64,000 nucleotides of DNA from Paragordius varius (taxonomy: Eukaryota > Animalia > Nematomorpha), in assembly GCA_964247055.1 (NCBI GenBank), contig OZ176055.1, positions 9,052,001 through 9,116,000 on the forward strand. Direction: 5' to 3'. The translations under genes were made by a program, and so were the position numbers. This document shows, in pieces, positions 1 through 32,208 of this stretch. Numbering within the stretch: the first letter of the stretch is position 1; each line of letters starts with the position of its first letter. The notes beneath the pieces are model-generated. The model was not told where the DNA came from, made no database searches, and saw nothing but the letters and a program-made list of their open reading frames with translations.

Positions 1-907
1 AAATGGGTCAAACTCGACCTAAGAAATTACCTACCTACCTACCTTATCCATAAAATATGAAATATCAAACTTTTTTTATATTTCGACGCATAATTGTTAT
101 ATGCAAACCTTTGCAATGGTTTCAATTTGTTTCATATTATTCTAAATATTTAATTTTAAACACTCGTGGGCTCCGCAAATTATATTTTCTACTAATTTTC
201 ACAAAATAGCTTTAATTCTATTTATTTTAACTTTGTTTGCCCAAAATTTTAACATCAAACTTTTATATTATAACTCTGACGTGATAAAATTGAGCATCAT
301 CAAATTATAGAGAAACCTTGTTTTTATAATATCTTAAGGCGTTATACCATTTCCACCATGCCTCAAAATAGAATGAAGTGCGATTCAACAAAATTTTACT
401 GAAAATTAAATTTTCGTATATATCGTTTAAAATTATTTTCAGTTTAAATCAAAATTTCGCTTATAATTAAATTTTCTCGCACAATCTCGGCATTTTTGCG
501 TCTATTTAAAAAAATCTAATATCATAAAAATATTGATTTTTCTTTTTATAGGTAGTTTATGATAGATTTTAGTGATATTTAAAGAAGCTTAGAGCTTCCC
601 CAAAAAATAAATATCCCAGCTCTTCCTACCCGTAAACTGGTCTGGACTCTATTTTATAAATATGCATTTATCGAATAAAAAATATATATCTTAAAAACAT
701 TTATTTATCGATTCGTATGTTTTCGCATCAAAGAGAATACAACATTTTTTTAAAATAATAATATGTTATATATATATATATATATATGCATATAAAAATA
801 AAATACCATTATATTGTATATTTGAAATTTTAAAAATATGTTGATTTATTTTTATAAAATTATAATTAACACATGGATTTTACAATCTAAACGCTTAAAT
901 CTTATCC

Positions 908-1765
908 ATGCCTGCTGTATCTGTAAAAGACGTAGACCAACAGGAATTCGTTGATGAATTAGCTTCTTTTATCAAAAAGTATGCATTTTAGATCTCTTAC
1001 ATGTATTTTTACATGTTTGGTTTGCAAATTTGCTATAAAATTATGGTTTTAAATTAATGCTTATAAAACCTTTCCATTAATTTAGGAGTGGGAAAATAAA
1101 GCCGCCAGAATTTGCTGAATATGTCAAATTAGGTACTATGAAAGAACTGGCTCCTTATAATGAAGATTGGTATTATGTACGTGCAGGTATAAAAATTTAT
1201 ATTGTAGCATCGATGGCAAGACATTTATATATTCGAACTCCTGCTGGTGTTGGTTCTTTTACCAAAATTTATGGAGGTATATTATGTGTTTGTTAAAATT
1301 ATTTTATAGCCCGTAAAAACAATGGAGTAATGCCAAGTCATTGGGTGCGTGGCTCCTCTTCTATAGCCAGAAAAGTTTTACAATCGCTTGAACAAATGAA
1401 CCTTATTGAAAAAGATAAAGTTAAAGGGTAATACATTTTGCCTATACACTAAAATTAATTATTAAGAATTAAAAGTTATATAATAGACAGATACATTTTA
1501 GTAAACCTTGATTTTTAAATAATTTTATTATTACAGTCATAGAATATGCTTCATTTCTATGCAATATTTTGTAACTAAAAATAGATTATATTTTCAAAAA
1601 ATCAATAAATGTATAATCTTATAAGTTTTACATTTTGTCTCTATAATTTTAACTTTTACTGTATTTAGTGGTCGTAAACTCACAAGTCAAGGGCGAAGAG
1701 ATTTGGACCGAATAGCTAATCAAATTCATAAGAGGAAACATGCAATTGATGTTGAAGATGAATAA
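908..1765 (+). CDS. RPS19: 40S ribosomal protein S19 (5 coding exons, 151 aa)
   Basis: Exons 908-978, 1086-1186, 1208-1276, 1310-1427, 1669-1765; all introns GT-AG with consistent phases. Spliced product [151 protein letters not shown] matches eS19 throughout. Confidence 0.97.
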
Positions 1766-2700
1766 ATAAATATATCAAATACATCTTTTAAAAATATCTA
1801 TCACGCACAAAAGGGTTAAATGTGTTATTATTCGTTTATAAAATATAATGTGATTAATTATTACATTTTACGTTTGGTGTCTCTTTAATTTTGTTTTCTG
1901 AAAGCTTTTTAGGCAATTTTATATAATTGTATACGTAAACACCGCAACTTATTATAAAATTTAATTATATTTTGCAATATCCTCTTGTTTTACAAGATAC
2001 TTTTCTCGTTATATAAGAATTTAAAATTATGAATACAATCAACAATTAAATTTTAACTAACAATTATTGACTAAAGCAGCGGTTTTTTAAAATGGGGGCG
2101 ATGCCCCCAACCTTTCAAATCGTTATCGCCCTACAATAATTGCCAAGTTGTTAGGATTTGAGTTTTATATGGCTCGCCGGCCCTTTGATTATTAAACATC
2201 AGGAAGTAAGGACCTTCTTAATAACGCTGTTTGCACTGTCTTTAGAAAATTCACTTGAGTTTATATTTTCTTATGTTCTACTGATAACATATCTAACCTT
2301 GCCTTATCCATTTATTACAATATAAGTTAAAATTAACATAAATTTTGCCATTTTCTCGGCCATTTGCTAGTTTGAATGAAGAAAAAATAGTGTGGAAATT
2401 TTTATGCTTTTAAATATTGAAGCTAGATGAAACAAGCCTTTGATTTACAAGGTTTTAACTATATTAAAATTTTTCTAAAAAGCTGAGTGCTTTGTTTTTT
2501 GCGCTACTTATTTATACTTTAGGAATTCACAAACTGTATTTTTGATCTAATTTTCAAATTACAATGATATAAACTAAAAACACCATTATTCGGGTCGTAT
2601 AAAAGCGAGTTAAATATTATATATTTGATCCGTTATAACAATTTTATCTTATATACTAATTTAATCTGAGGCGTTTTCGGAACAATTATTTTACAAATTT

Positions 2701-5303
2701 GAAATTATACGGAAAAAAGTTAAAAATATAAAGACATATATTTTTCTAAAGTACAACCTTTTAAATCTTGATTTTTTTCAAATATAACACATTGTTTTAA
2801 ACGCCAAAGCAGTGATACTCAAACCGCGGCCCGCGGGCCGCATGCGGCCCTAAGAGTGCTTTAAAATTGCCCTTTAACACATAAACGAATTTTCGATTAT
2901 TTTAATATTAATTTATTTTCTTTAGATTTCATTTTGGTAGTTTTTATTTTTTTACCCAATTCGATATGTAGACAAATTTCCCTACATTAAAATAATTTCA
3001 AAATTTTGGCACACGTTCTTTCTGTATTCTATTTTCTTTTTTATTTTGAAATTTTTATTGCATTCCTTTTTTGTATTTAAGCAAGCCTTTCACCCAAACT
3101 TGCATATACATAATCTTTTCATAGCTGCCTCATTTTATATAACTCATTCCCATAAAATATTTTTTAAATCCACATCATTAAATTTCGACCTGTTTTTTTA
3201 TAGCATATCAAATCCTATTTTTTTGAAAAAATTTACATAATATTTAACCATAAATATAAAGGATGTAATTTAATGCTAAAAAACGTAACCCTTTAAAAGT
3301 ATGGGAAGAAAAATTCTTTCTCGTTTAAAATAAAAATTTTGTTACCAGCCTTATATGTAAGGACAACATAATTATAAAAAAATACAATATTGAAAGAATT
3401 TTACAATCCATTTTTCAATTACCAGAAAATGAGGAAAAACGAAAAATATAAAAAGATTAAGGAATTGTACAAAGGAAAATCTATTATGTCCATAGCTTTC
3501 TCCCAGGGAAAAGTTGTATAATTAGAATATGAAACCGTTTACTGATTTCTAACTAAAAGAATGTCAAATAAATGGTTGCACTTTTTTAAATTCCATATAA
3601 AGATCAAATCATGAGGCAAATTAAAAAACTTCAACTTTCTGAACATGTGCTGGACGCATTGAAGATATGTATTAATATCTTTTTGGCTCCGAAAAACAGC
3701 AAATATTTTAGTATTGATTCTAGCACTGATATTAGTACAACACCTCAATGTGCTCTTTTTGTAAGATTTTGCAACGGCAACATAATCAACGATAAATATT
3801 TAAAATTTTTACTAATGAATAATACCACGAAAGGAAAAGATTTTCTCGAAATAATTAATACTTTTTTCGCTAATAATGGTATATCTATGAAAAATCGGTT
3901 TCGATCTGCACAGATGGCTGTCCCTCTATGATTGGAATAACCAAATGATTTATTCCTCTTTAAAATATTTTATCCTTTCACTGCTTTATTCATCAAACTT
4001 GGTTTCGCGTGTAAAAGATGAATCACTCAATTCAGTAATTTAAACGGTTGTGAATATAGTTAACCACATCCGTGGCAGAGAATTCAACCGCCGTAAATTC
4101 AAAAACCTTCTGAAAGATATCCACAGTGAGTTTGATTATATACTTTTGTACATTGCTGTGAGATGGCTAAGCCTTAGCAAAGTACTGAATAGATTTTTTG
4201 TTTTAAGACATGAAATTTTACATTTATAAAAGATAACAGAAAGTTTGACGAGGAAATTTATATAGACATATGGTGGGTTTTATTACCCTACCTTTGCGAC
4301 ATTACTTATAAACTTTTTCAATACGTCGTCAAGGAAGCAAAATAATAACCCAATTTGCTAATGAAATATCTTTCAAAAATTAATAATATAAACTAAATTT
4401 TATAAATCAAACACTTCTGTATTCAACGCTTAAAACGATTCATGAAGAAAATATGGAATTTACCGCGGAGATTAATTTAATAATAGATCATCTAACATTT
4501 TTATCTAATGAGTCAGTTTCAAAAATTAAGATATATTAAATATTGCTTAAAACTCTTTGAATATGCATGGCATATGGATATATCCATCATTAAGCGACTT
4601 GAGCACTTCGGTTTTGATCAGGCGCATATCATTAAAGACGTAGGTTTTAAAAATTCCAATTTGGATATTCAAAGAGAATCGTAGAGAGGAAAGATAAGTA
4701 TAGTTTTGGCAAGATGTGCCAAAATATGAAAATATAAAAAAATGTGCTGAAGTTATCCTAACTCTTTTTCCCTCAACTTATACGTGCAAAACGTCATATT
4801 CAAAAATAAAATATCTCAAGAAGACATACAGAAACTGCTTAACCGATGTTCATATGGACGACGTATTAAGATTGGCCTGTCATGAGGTGAAACCAAATTT
4901 GTAAAAAAATATTGGTTAATATCGAAATAAAATTTTTTATCAAAATATTTTAATTTTTTAAACTAAATGGTAAACCAGTTTTTAGCTGGATTTACATGCG
5001 ATCCGCAAAAAATTCATTGTGCTGATTTAGAGTATAAATATGTGCTATGTGTTAAATAGCTATGGAATTATTATGAGGGAATGGCCCTCGAAAAAAAAAT
5101 ATATTTTATTTGGCCCGTCAAATTTTTTGGGTGAGTACCACTGCGCCAAAGTATAGAATAGAGATGTATATCAGTAAATTAATTACCTATTCTACAATTG
5201 TTATTATATATTTTTAATAGAATAAATTTAGGCTTAAAAAGTATGTTTGTCATTTGGAAAAAACATTTTATCTTTATATTTTACTTTTTGTCCGTATAAT
5301 TTC
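2701..5303. mobile_element. Non-autonomous MITE (GAAATTATACGG termini) interrupted by a hAT insertion
   Basis: gaaattatacggaaaaaagt at 2701 and its near-perfect reverse complement actttttgtccgtataatttc ending 5303; an uninterrupted relative at ~20631-20877 and partial ends at ~26240-26550 and ~38230-38296. Confidence 0.6.
2810..5143 (+). mobile_element. hAT (Charlie/Buster/SPIN-like) DNA transposon with decayed transposase
   Basis: TIRs CAGTGATACTCA / TGAGTACCACTG (11/12 match); identical 8-bp TSD cgccaaag at 2802-2809 and 5144-5151; subterminal gcggcccgcgggccgcatgcggccc; ORF fragments FSIDSSTDISTTPQCALFVRF (3611-3931) and LFPSTYTCKTSYSKIK...LTDVHMDDVLRL (4716-4904, hAT dimerisation-type region); frameshifts and stops between them. 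Confidence 0.92.
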
Positions 5304-5544
5304 AATATTACTGTAAAATATGCAAAAAGTTGATGTCGGTTTTTGGGGAAGGCAGACTAACGGTAATAACATATTCACTATTTTTATGAATTGAATATTT
5401 ATGAACCCGTTATATGTAGATTTTAACGGTTCGCATAGCTTTCGCTAAATGACATTCAAAACATTTTTTGAAATGGTTACTTACATTTTTTTTGGATTTT
5501 CGAAATGTGCCTCAAAAATTGTATCGCCCAGCTCATATCAATTA

Positions 5545-6720
5545 ATCCAATGCAATTCGCCTTTTAACGGGTAAAAGCACAATCGATCCTATTTTCCTAC
5601 TAAGACAAATACAAGATATATCGCAAAAGGTCTTAAACTTTCCATCTTTTAGTCGATTTAGAAACGGCTTACGACTCAATACCTAGAGCACTAATAATAG
5701 AATCACTGCGCTACAACAACGTAGATGAAGATACCATTAAATTAATCATGTTAATCTACACCAACTCAATAATTGTGTTCTTACACCTGCCTGGAATTCA
5801 GAGTATTGTAGTATTAATACCGGGCTGCATCAGGGGTCTGTTTTAATCCCTCTTCATTTTATATATTAGATTATATTACAAAAGACCTTAGAGAAGGGCT
5901 TACCGTATGAAATTCTTTACGCAGACGATCTCATGCTTACTGCAGAAACTATTTGATTAATCGAAAATAAATATTTAATGTGGTTAAAACAATTACAAAA
6001 ACAAAGTCTTAGGATCAATACAAAAAAAACCGAAATTCTAATCACAGGAGATGCGCATAAAACTATCAAGTACCCAAATAAACTCACTTTACCATATGCT
6101 TTATCGATACCTTTGCCAATACCTACTCCGCGTACTTCAAACTTTAATGCAGACAAACTAAAAATTGTAACATCTTTTCCATATCTTGGCGATTATGTAG
6201 CATCTGATGGTTCTTTGAGGGATGCCATTTAGAATCAGACAGGGATGGGCCAAATACAATTAATTAAAATATATTTTAACTAATAAAATATCAAATCGAA
6301 TCATAAAATCAAGATATACAAAATAGAAATAAGACCAGCTATGACATACGCTATAAAAACCTGGGCCCTTACAGCAACAGACTTACTAGAGCTAAATATC
6401 ACATGCTAAATATCTGCAACAATAATCTTGATAATACCACAAAAAGAGTATAACCCATATCTCTGTTCATTCAGCGCAACCGATTGCGATATTATGGGCA
6501 TATCCAACGTATGAATTCCGATAACTGGGTACAAAAAATACAACATTTAAGCATACCCGGCCCAAACAGAAAAGGCCGCCCTAAATTCACATGGTCCAAA
6601 CATCTGACCCAATATCTATCACAATTTAATATTGAACAATAACAAGTCTTTAATATAACATTGTTCAGAAAGTTAGTGCATGGAAACCCCAGATACCCTG
6701 GGACCTAAAACGAATGGATG
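5545..6720 (+). mobile_element. 5'-truncated, decayed non-LTR retrotransposon (RTE-like reverse transcriptase)
   Basis: RT motifs in order across frameshifts: STIDPIFLLRQ (~5578), VDLETAYDSIPR (~5652), GLHQGS (~5822), LYADDL (~5915), FPYLG (~6175), and a C-terminal GRPKFTW (~6573) typical of RTE-clade elements. Confidence 0.85.
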
Positions 6721-8123
6721 GTTGATTAATATCGCTTTTAATTATTTTCGAGAATTTTGTTATGATTAATATTTTTTAATTTGGGTAACTGGTTGCCCTA
6801 ATTCAAATTTAAATTGATATTTTTTAAGAATTATTAAAAAGGACTGCCCCCTATTATTATTCTATTTTAATAAAATAATTTAAATATTTTAATAATTATT
6901 GTTTATAAAAAAAGTTCCATTTCAAAATATTTTGACGCCATTTTTATTTTAACACTTTTCACAAAAATATCATGCTTTTTGGTTTCAACGACAAAAATAT
7001 TTTTTTTACAGTAAAAATTGAAATTCTATGCAAAAACTAAAATACAAAGACTTTTTTAAACAACGATATTTTCTTGATTTTTTCTATATTACCCATATAA
7101 ATTTTTTTCCCCTTATTTTACATCCCAAAACGATCTATGTAGAAAAATCAAGGTTTAAAAAAGTACTGTTTTTACAAAATATTCATATTTTAGTTAATAT
7201 GTTTTGTCTTTATAATTTAGAAATAATAAGGGCAAAAAAATGATTAAATTAACATAATAGTTTTTATTGTTACAATACTGTGTAAACTTCTTAGCCTGAA
7301 ACCATAAAATAAAGTCATATTGGATTAGTTTTTTTATATGTACGTGCAAACTTTTATAATGTATTCAACACATTCCATATATTACCGGGGATGCACTCCG
7401 ATTCGGATCGAAGGAAAATAAATATATTTGAATTAAAAAGTGTTATGAAATATAATTTTTAAAAATTTATTCACGATTAGGCTATATATTGACTATCATT
7501 TTTGATATAAACATCATATCATAATTATATGTACAAAAGCTCTTGGCCAAATATATATATATATATATATATATGCGTTTGGGTATATACGTGTAAAATA
7601 AAATTATCATAATAAATTATTAATAATGAAAAAAAAAGATGACAACCGGAATAAATAATTGGGATTTTGATGGCATATAAATCATCGTTTATAGTTTAGT
7701 ATGAAAAATATAACGAAAGAGGCAGTAAAAATTAAGCATGCACCCTAACATTAACCAACTTTGATGTCTTTCATGAGATATACACACACATGTAAAATGT
7801 TGTTTAAACATATGGCTAGTATATAATATATACCAAATAATATAATTATTAAAATAATCACACTTAAGGTTAAGATCAATCAATCAAAAACAGTGCGATA
7901 AAAATCTGGAGAAAAATTAAATAATTTTTTGATCGACATAGATGTATATAGATATAATTGACATAAATTGATTAGATGGCTAAATTTTAAATAAATTTTA
8001 ATTTTTGGGTCAGTCGAATCAGAATCAAAAAAAATAAAATTTAAGATAGTTGGAAATAATGAAATTGGATTACAAAGATGTGTATCTCTCCTCTATTTTC
8101 TCTCTTTTCTACACAAAATTTTT

Positions 8124-28118
<19,995 letters not shown>

Positions 28119-28985
28119 CTGTATAAAAATTAGTTTAAAAAAGTTTAAAAAAAGTATTTAGAGATGTTTGAAAAATAGAGTTTCAAACGGAATGTTTCAA
28201 AACTATGTAAGACTTACATGCAATTTCATAACGAATACAACAAGACATAAATTTTTGTGCCAACTATATATATTACGCTTGTTACTAAAAGAAAAAAAAC
28301 TTCCGTATTTGTCGTATAAAAAGTTTGACAAAAACACTGTTGAAAAGATAACTTTTTAAAATCAATTAATCAGTATGTTTTAAAGAGAGTCAAGAGAATA
28401 TGATATTTAAAAACAAAAAATAAAGGTGTGTTGTGGGTGATGAAAAAAATTAATAGATGTTTGACATTATGTTTTTTAAGGGACAAAATTAAAAAAAATG
28501 TCAAATATTTACTCAAGGTATTATGCAAAAAATATACAATAATACGAAAATGGGCTCAAGACTCCTAAATTATATATCATTTTTCTATTTATATATGTAA
28601 TGACAAAAATATACTAACTTGAAGTCTATATCCTCTATATAAATGTTACAAGAAAATATTATATATTTATAAAATAAAAATTATATGAAATAAAAAATAT
28701 ATATACAGGTAACACAAAACACAAATTACATCATATACAAACATAATTATGCATAAAAAATTAATTAAAAAAATAGGGAGAGTATAAATGGTATGTATAC
28801 ACACATTAAATTTATTTGCCCTAAAACCATTCACATCCGTACATTATTTGAAAAAGCTAATGGATATATTAAATTAATTAAGTGTGGGATTAACTATTTG
28901 GGCTTTAAAAGAATATCAATTTAACAAAATCGAATTTGCGAAATTCAGAAAATGTACGTAACCAAAATATATGATGCATAAATAC

Positions 28986-29012
28986 CTCTTCATCATTTTT
29001 CAAATCTTGCAT
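28986..29012 (-). CDS. Candidate first coding exon of the Na+/K+-ATPase (MQDLKNDEE)
   Basis: ATG at 29012 followed by 9 codons and a GTATTT donor in phase 0, compatible with the phase-0 acceptor at 28118 (KFFDSYQV...). Supported only by phase and donor; no homology support. Confidence 0.35.
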
Positions 29013-31041
29013 CCAAATATGGAAGATTTATAATTGGTTGGACAAAAATCGATGAGATTCTCTTATATTTGTAAAAATCGATATATCCGATTTGGAATGT
29101 GATATAAATGAATGAATTAAAAACAAATGGCCTTTATGTAATTTTTGATAGAAATATCATATATTTTTAACATTGTATTCCGATGAATATTTTAAATTTA
29201 AAATTGAGTTGGTAAGAGAAATATTTTAAGTTATTATTTGGATTAATATATTATTATAAAACAGGAGGGTTATCAGTTAAAACTATTTTTGAAAGTTCTA
29301 AGCTATTGGCCTATGTCATAATAATATTATAGTTTTAAAATTTACATTTGCATCCCTGTAAAAACTTGTTATAAACTTAAGCCCATAAAGCAACTGGGCG
29401 CATTCAATATTGATTTTTTCATTTATTTCTAAATAAGTCAATCATTGCCTATTATCTTTTTTGAACTGGGCCGCTTTGGCCACGCTTTTATCACGTTTTT
29501 TTCAATCAAAAATCCCAAAAATATTACTTGAATCAATCTGGAAATACCTCGTTTAAGGTGACACATTGTATCCCAGAGTTTAACACTTCATGTTTTCATT
29601 TTTTTGTCCTAGCTGTGCTGTTTTAAAAATTTTAGTTAAAATTTAATTATTACATTGTTTTCATAAATAAATAAGCTAAATTCTTTACTGTTTTGTGAGT
29701 TAAAGCCTAAACTTGGGACAGCTCAAAAACACGAATGAAACAAACAGCTAATATTAAATCAAAATATATCAAATTTATGTTGGTAATATGTAGCCTCTAA
29801 GATTTTAAAATTAATTATTTACATTTTAAAACCATAATATACATTTATTTGCGTGTTGTATTAGCGAATTAAAAAACTTTATAGAAAAAAATAACGGCGA
29901 AAAGTTCTAGATGATGATTTTTTTTACAATTATAAATTTATCAAAATTTTTGTATAATGTGCCTAAAAGGCTAAATATTTTAGATTCGGATTATTCATTA
30001 AATTTTTTTAAGATATATTAAAAATCGCTCTGGGATACAAAGTTAAAAAGTTTTTAATTAGCTTCTGGGAGCTAAACTTTGTAAATTACATTCTAGCATA
30101 AAAATCGTTATTTTGAATATAAAATTTTTGTGCCTTACTATTAAATTTTTTCTACATTATTTGTTTTATATATACGGCTATCATAGCTGAGTCACTATAA
30201 TTTAGTGTCTGTCTGATTATCTAAATTTAAAATATATATTAACATATCTCCGTTCCGCATTATAGCTTTGGACCTCATTTTATAGAAAAATACGATATAT
30301 TGCCAAAACCCTGGGTACTGAAAATATTTTTAATCGTTATATTTAAATCTGGAAAAATTTTGCCTTTGCATTTGGGTGATTTTTCAAATTCTTGGGATGG
30401 ATATTATTATAAGAGTGGTATTGGTATTTATGCTTTTTTATAGGGGTATGGCTTATCCCTTAATTTGCAACATGAATAGAAACAACATTTCACATTATTA
30501 ATCAAATATTGATTTATATAAGAAACGCGTAAATTTGGTTAAATTTGGTTAAATTTCTTAACTGTTACATTATCAGTGCAGACAAAATGAATATCCTGAT
30601 GAAACTATTAATAAAAAATGCAGGATTCTTATGCTATGTTGGGGGTTGCCATTTAAAAAAGTTAATTCCACTTTTATGGTAATTACTATATGGCAACAAG
30701 TCGGACAATTAACGCATATACCAAAAAATATTTTGGTAAAAGTGGTTCATTTTAAAAAAATATCATATAAATATATACTTCTTTTAAATTATATATTTAT
30801 GTTCATAAAGTCTCAAATTTTGAATGCCTATAAAATAGGATGATGATTTAAAACAAAGGCATATGTGCGGAAATTGATCGATATGCTAGATTTTGCATCA
30901 AAATAAAAACGTATTTTATGAAAGGTGGAAATGGCAAAGAACATTTTATTTATAAAACAGTTTTCAATTTAATTGTGAAAATTTATATAACCTTTTAATC
31001 AATTCTTAGGCCAACCTATTAGCTGGTTGAAAAAATTTTAA

Positions 31042-31607
31042 CACTTGGATACAACACATTCATTTTAGTCCTTCGATTTAATTTGGGGTAGTTAAATACC
31101 CCAGGCCTGCTTAAAATTAATTCTTTAAACATATGGAAAATATCGAAATCATGGAAAAATTTTGCACTTACATAACATTAATATAACAGAAATATATAAA
31201 AAAATTTATTCAAAAATACTTGAAATTACTTATTTTAAGCTAAAACCGAAAGGTAAAAATTTAGTCGTGCAATAGTAAAATTGAAAAATAATACAAAATA
31301 AACCGCTTTTCCTATATCTATCAATGTTAGATGTAATTTAAAAAAAAATAGCTTTAATTTTACCCTTAAAATTAAATGAACACGATATTTTGCAAAAATT
31401 TTGTAAAATAAAAATGGCGTCGAAGTAGTTAGACATGGAACTTTTTTTTCATAACAAAATTTTGTTTAGATATTTTGGCATATTTATATCATTTTAATTA
31501 GGATACAGGTATAAATTTAAATTGGGACCGTTTCCTTTACTAGTTTTATAAAAATCCTAATTCAAATTTAGTCTGGGGTATTTAGATCCCCAATTTGAAT
31601 CGAAGTG
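31042..31607 (-). mobile_element. piggyBac-type non-autonomous element, copy 2
   Basis: Reverse-orientation homologue of 13247-13810 with TTAA at 31038-31041 and 31608-31611. Confidence 0.8.
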
Positions 31608-32208
31608 TTAAATATATAAAAAAATTCGTTTTCACGCCTTAAAATACCCAAATTACATTAAAATTAAATTATGCTAAAATATAAATTTTTGAGAAAAGCA
31701 TGCATTTTCTATAAAATTACCTATTTTGATTTCAAAATCTTGAGTATAAAAATTCCATCGTTTTTGTTTGTTAAGAAATACCCTTTCGAAGGCTTGTATT
31801 TAAGACTTTCGACGCCCACATTAAAAAATATAATTTTTTTGCCTTTTAAATAGGATATTATAATAATTCGTGCCTACTATGTACTCTATATGGGAAAGCG
31901 GTTTTAAGTTAAGGGGAAAAAATCTACGAAAAATTAACATAAATATTTGCATGCACTTAGCGCAATACACTTTATCCCTGGCCTTTTATCTTTTTTTGAA
32001 CCAAAAGGTAATTATAGAACAATTAGCACATCATGATTTCAAGCAAATATTTATAAGACATATATATAAGAGAGTTTGAAAAAATGAGCTAAGTTAGTTT
32101 GCATTTTTGACGCTTTCTGCCTGCATAAAATTATTTAATTCTCAAGTTTTATAAATTATATCACAGTATCTCTTCAACTGGATCTATTTTACAAACAATT
32201 TCCATGTT

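Noticed and set aside
1-700. Possible minus-strand gene divergent from RPS19 (fragments CRDCARKF, FEAWWKWYNALRYY, RVGRAG)
   Set aside because: I could not join the fragments into a consistent exon chain or recognise a family; left unannotated, but worth re-checking with RNA-seq given the tiny introns.
1428-1668. Possible intronic snoRNA in RPS19 intron 4
   Set aside because: No C/D box pair and no convincing double-hairpin H/ACA layout were seen.
2077-2229. Small hAT-like unit (CAGCGG...CGCTG)
   Set aside because: The TIR match is weak and the flanking 8-mers do not match, so it cannot be supported as a discrete element.
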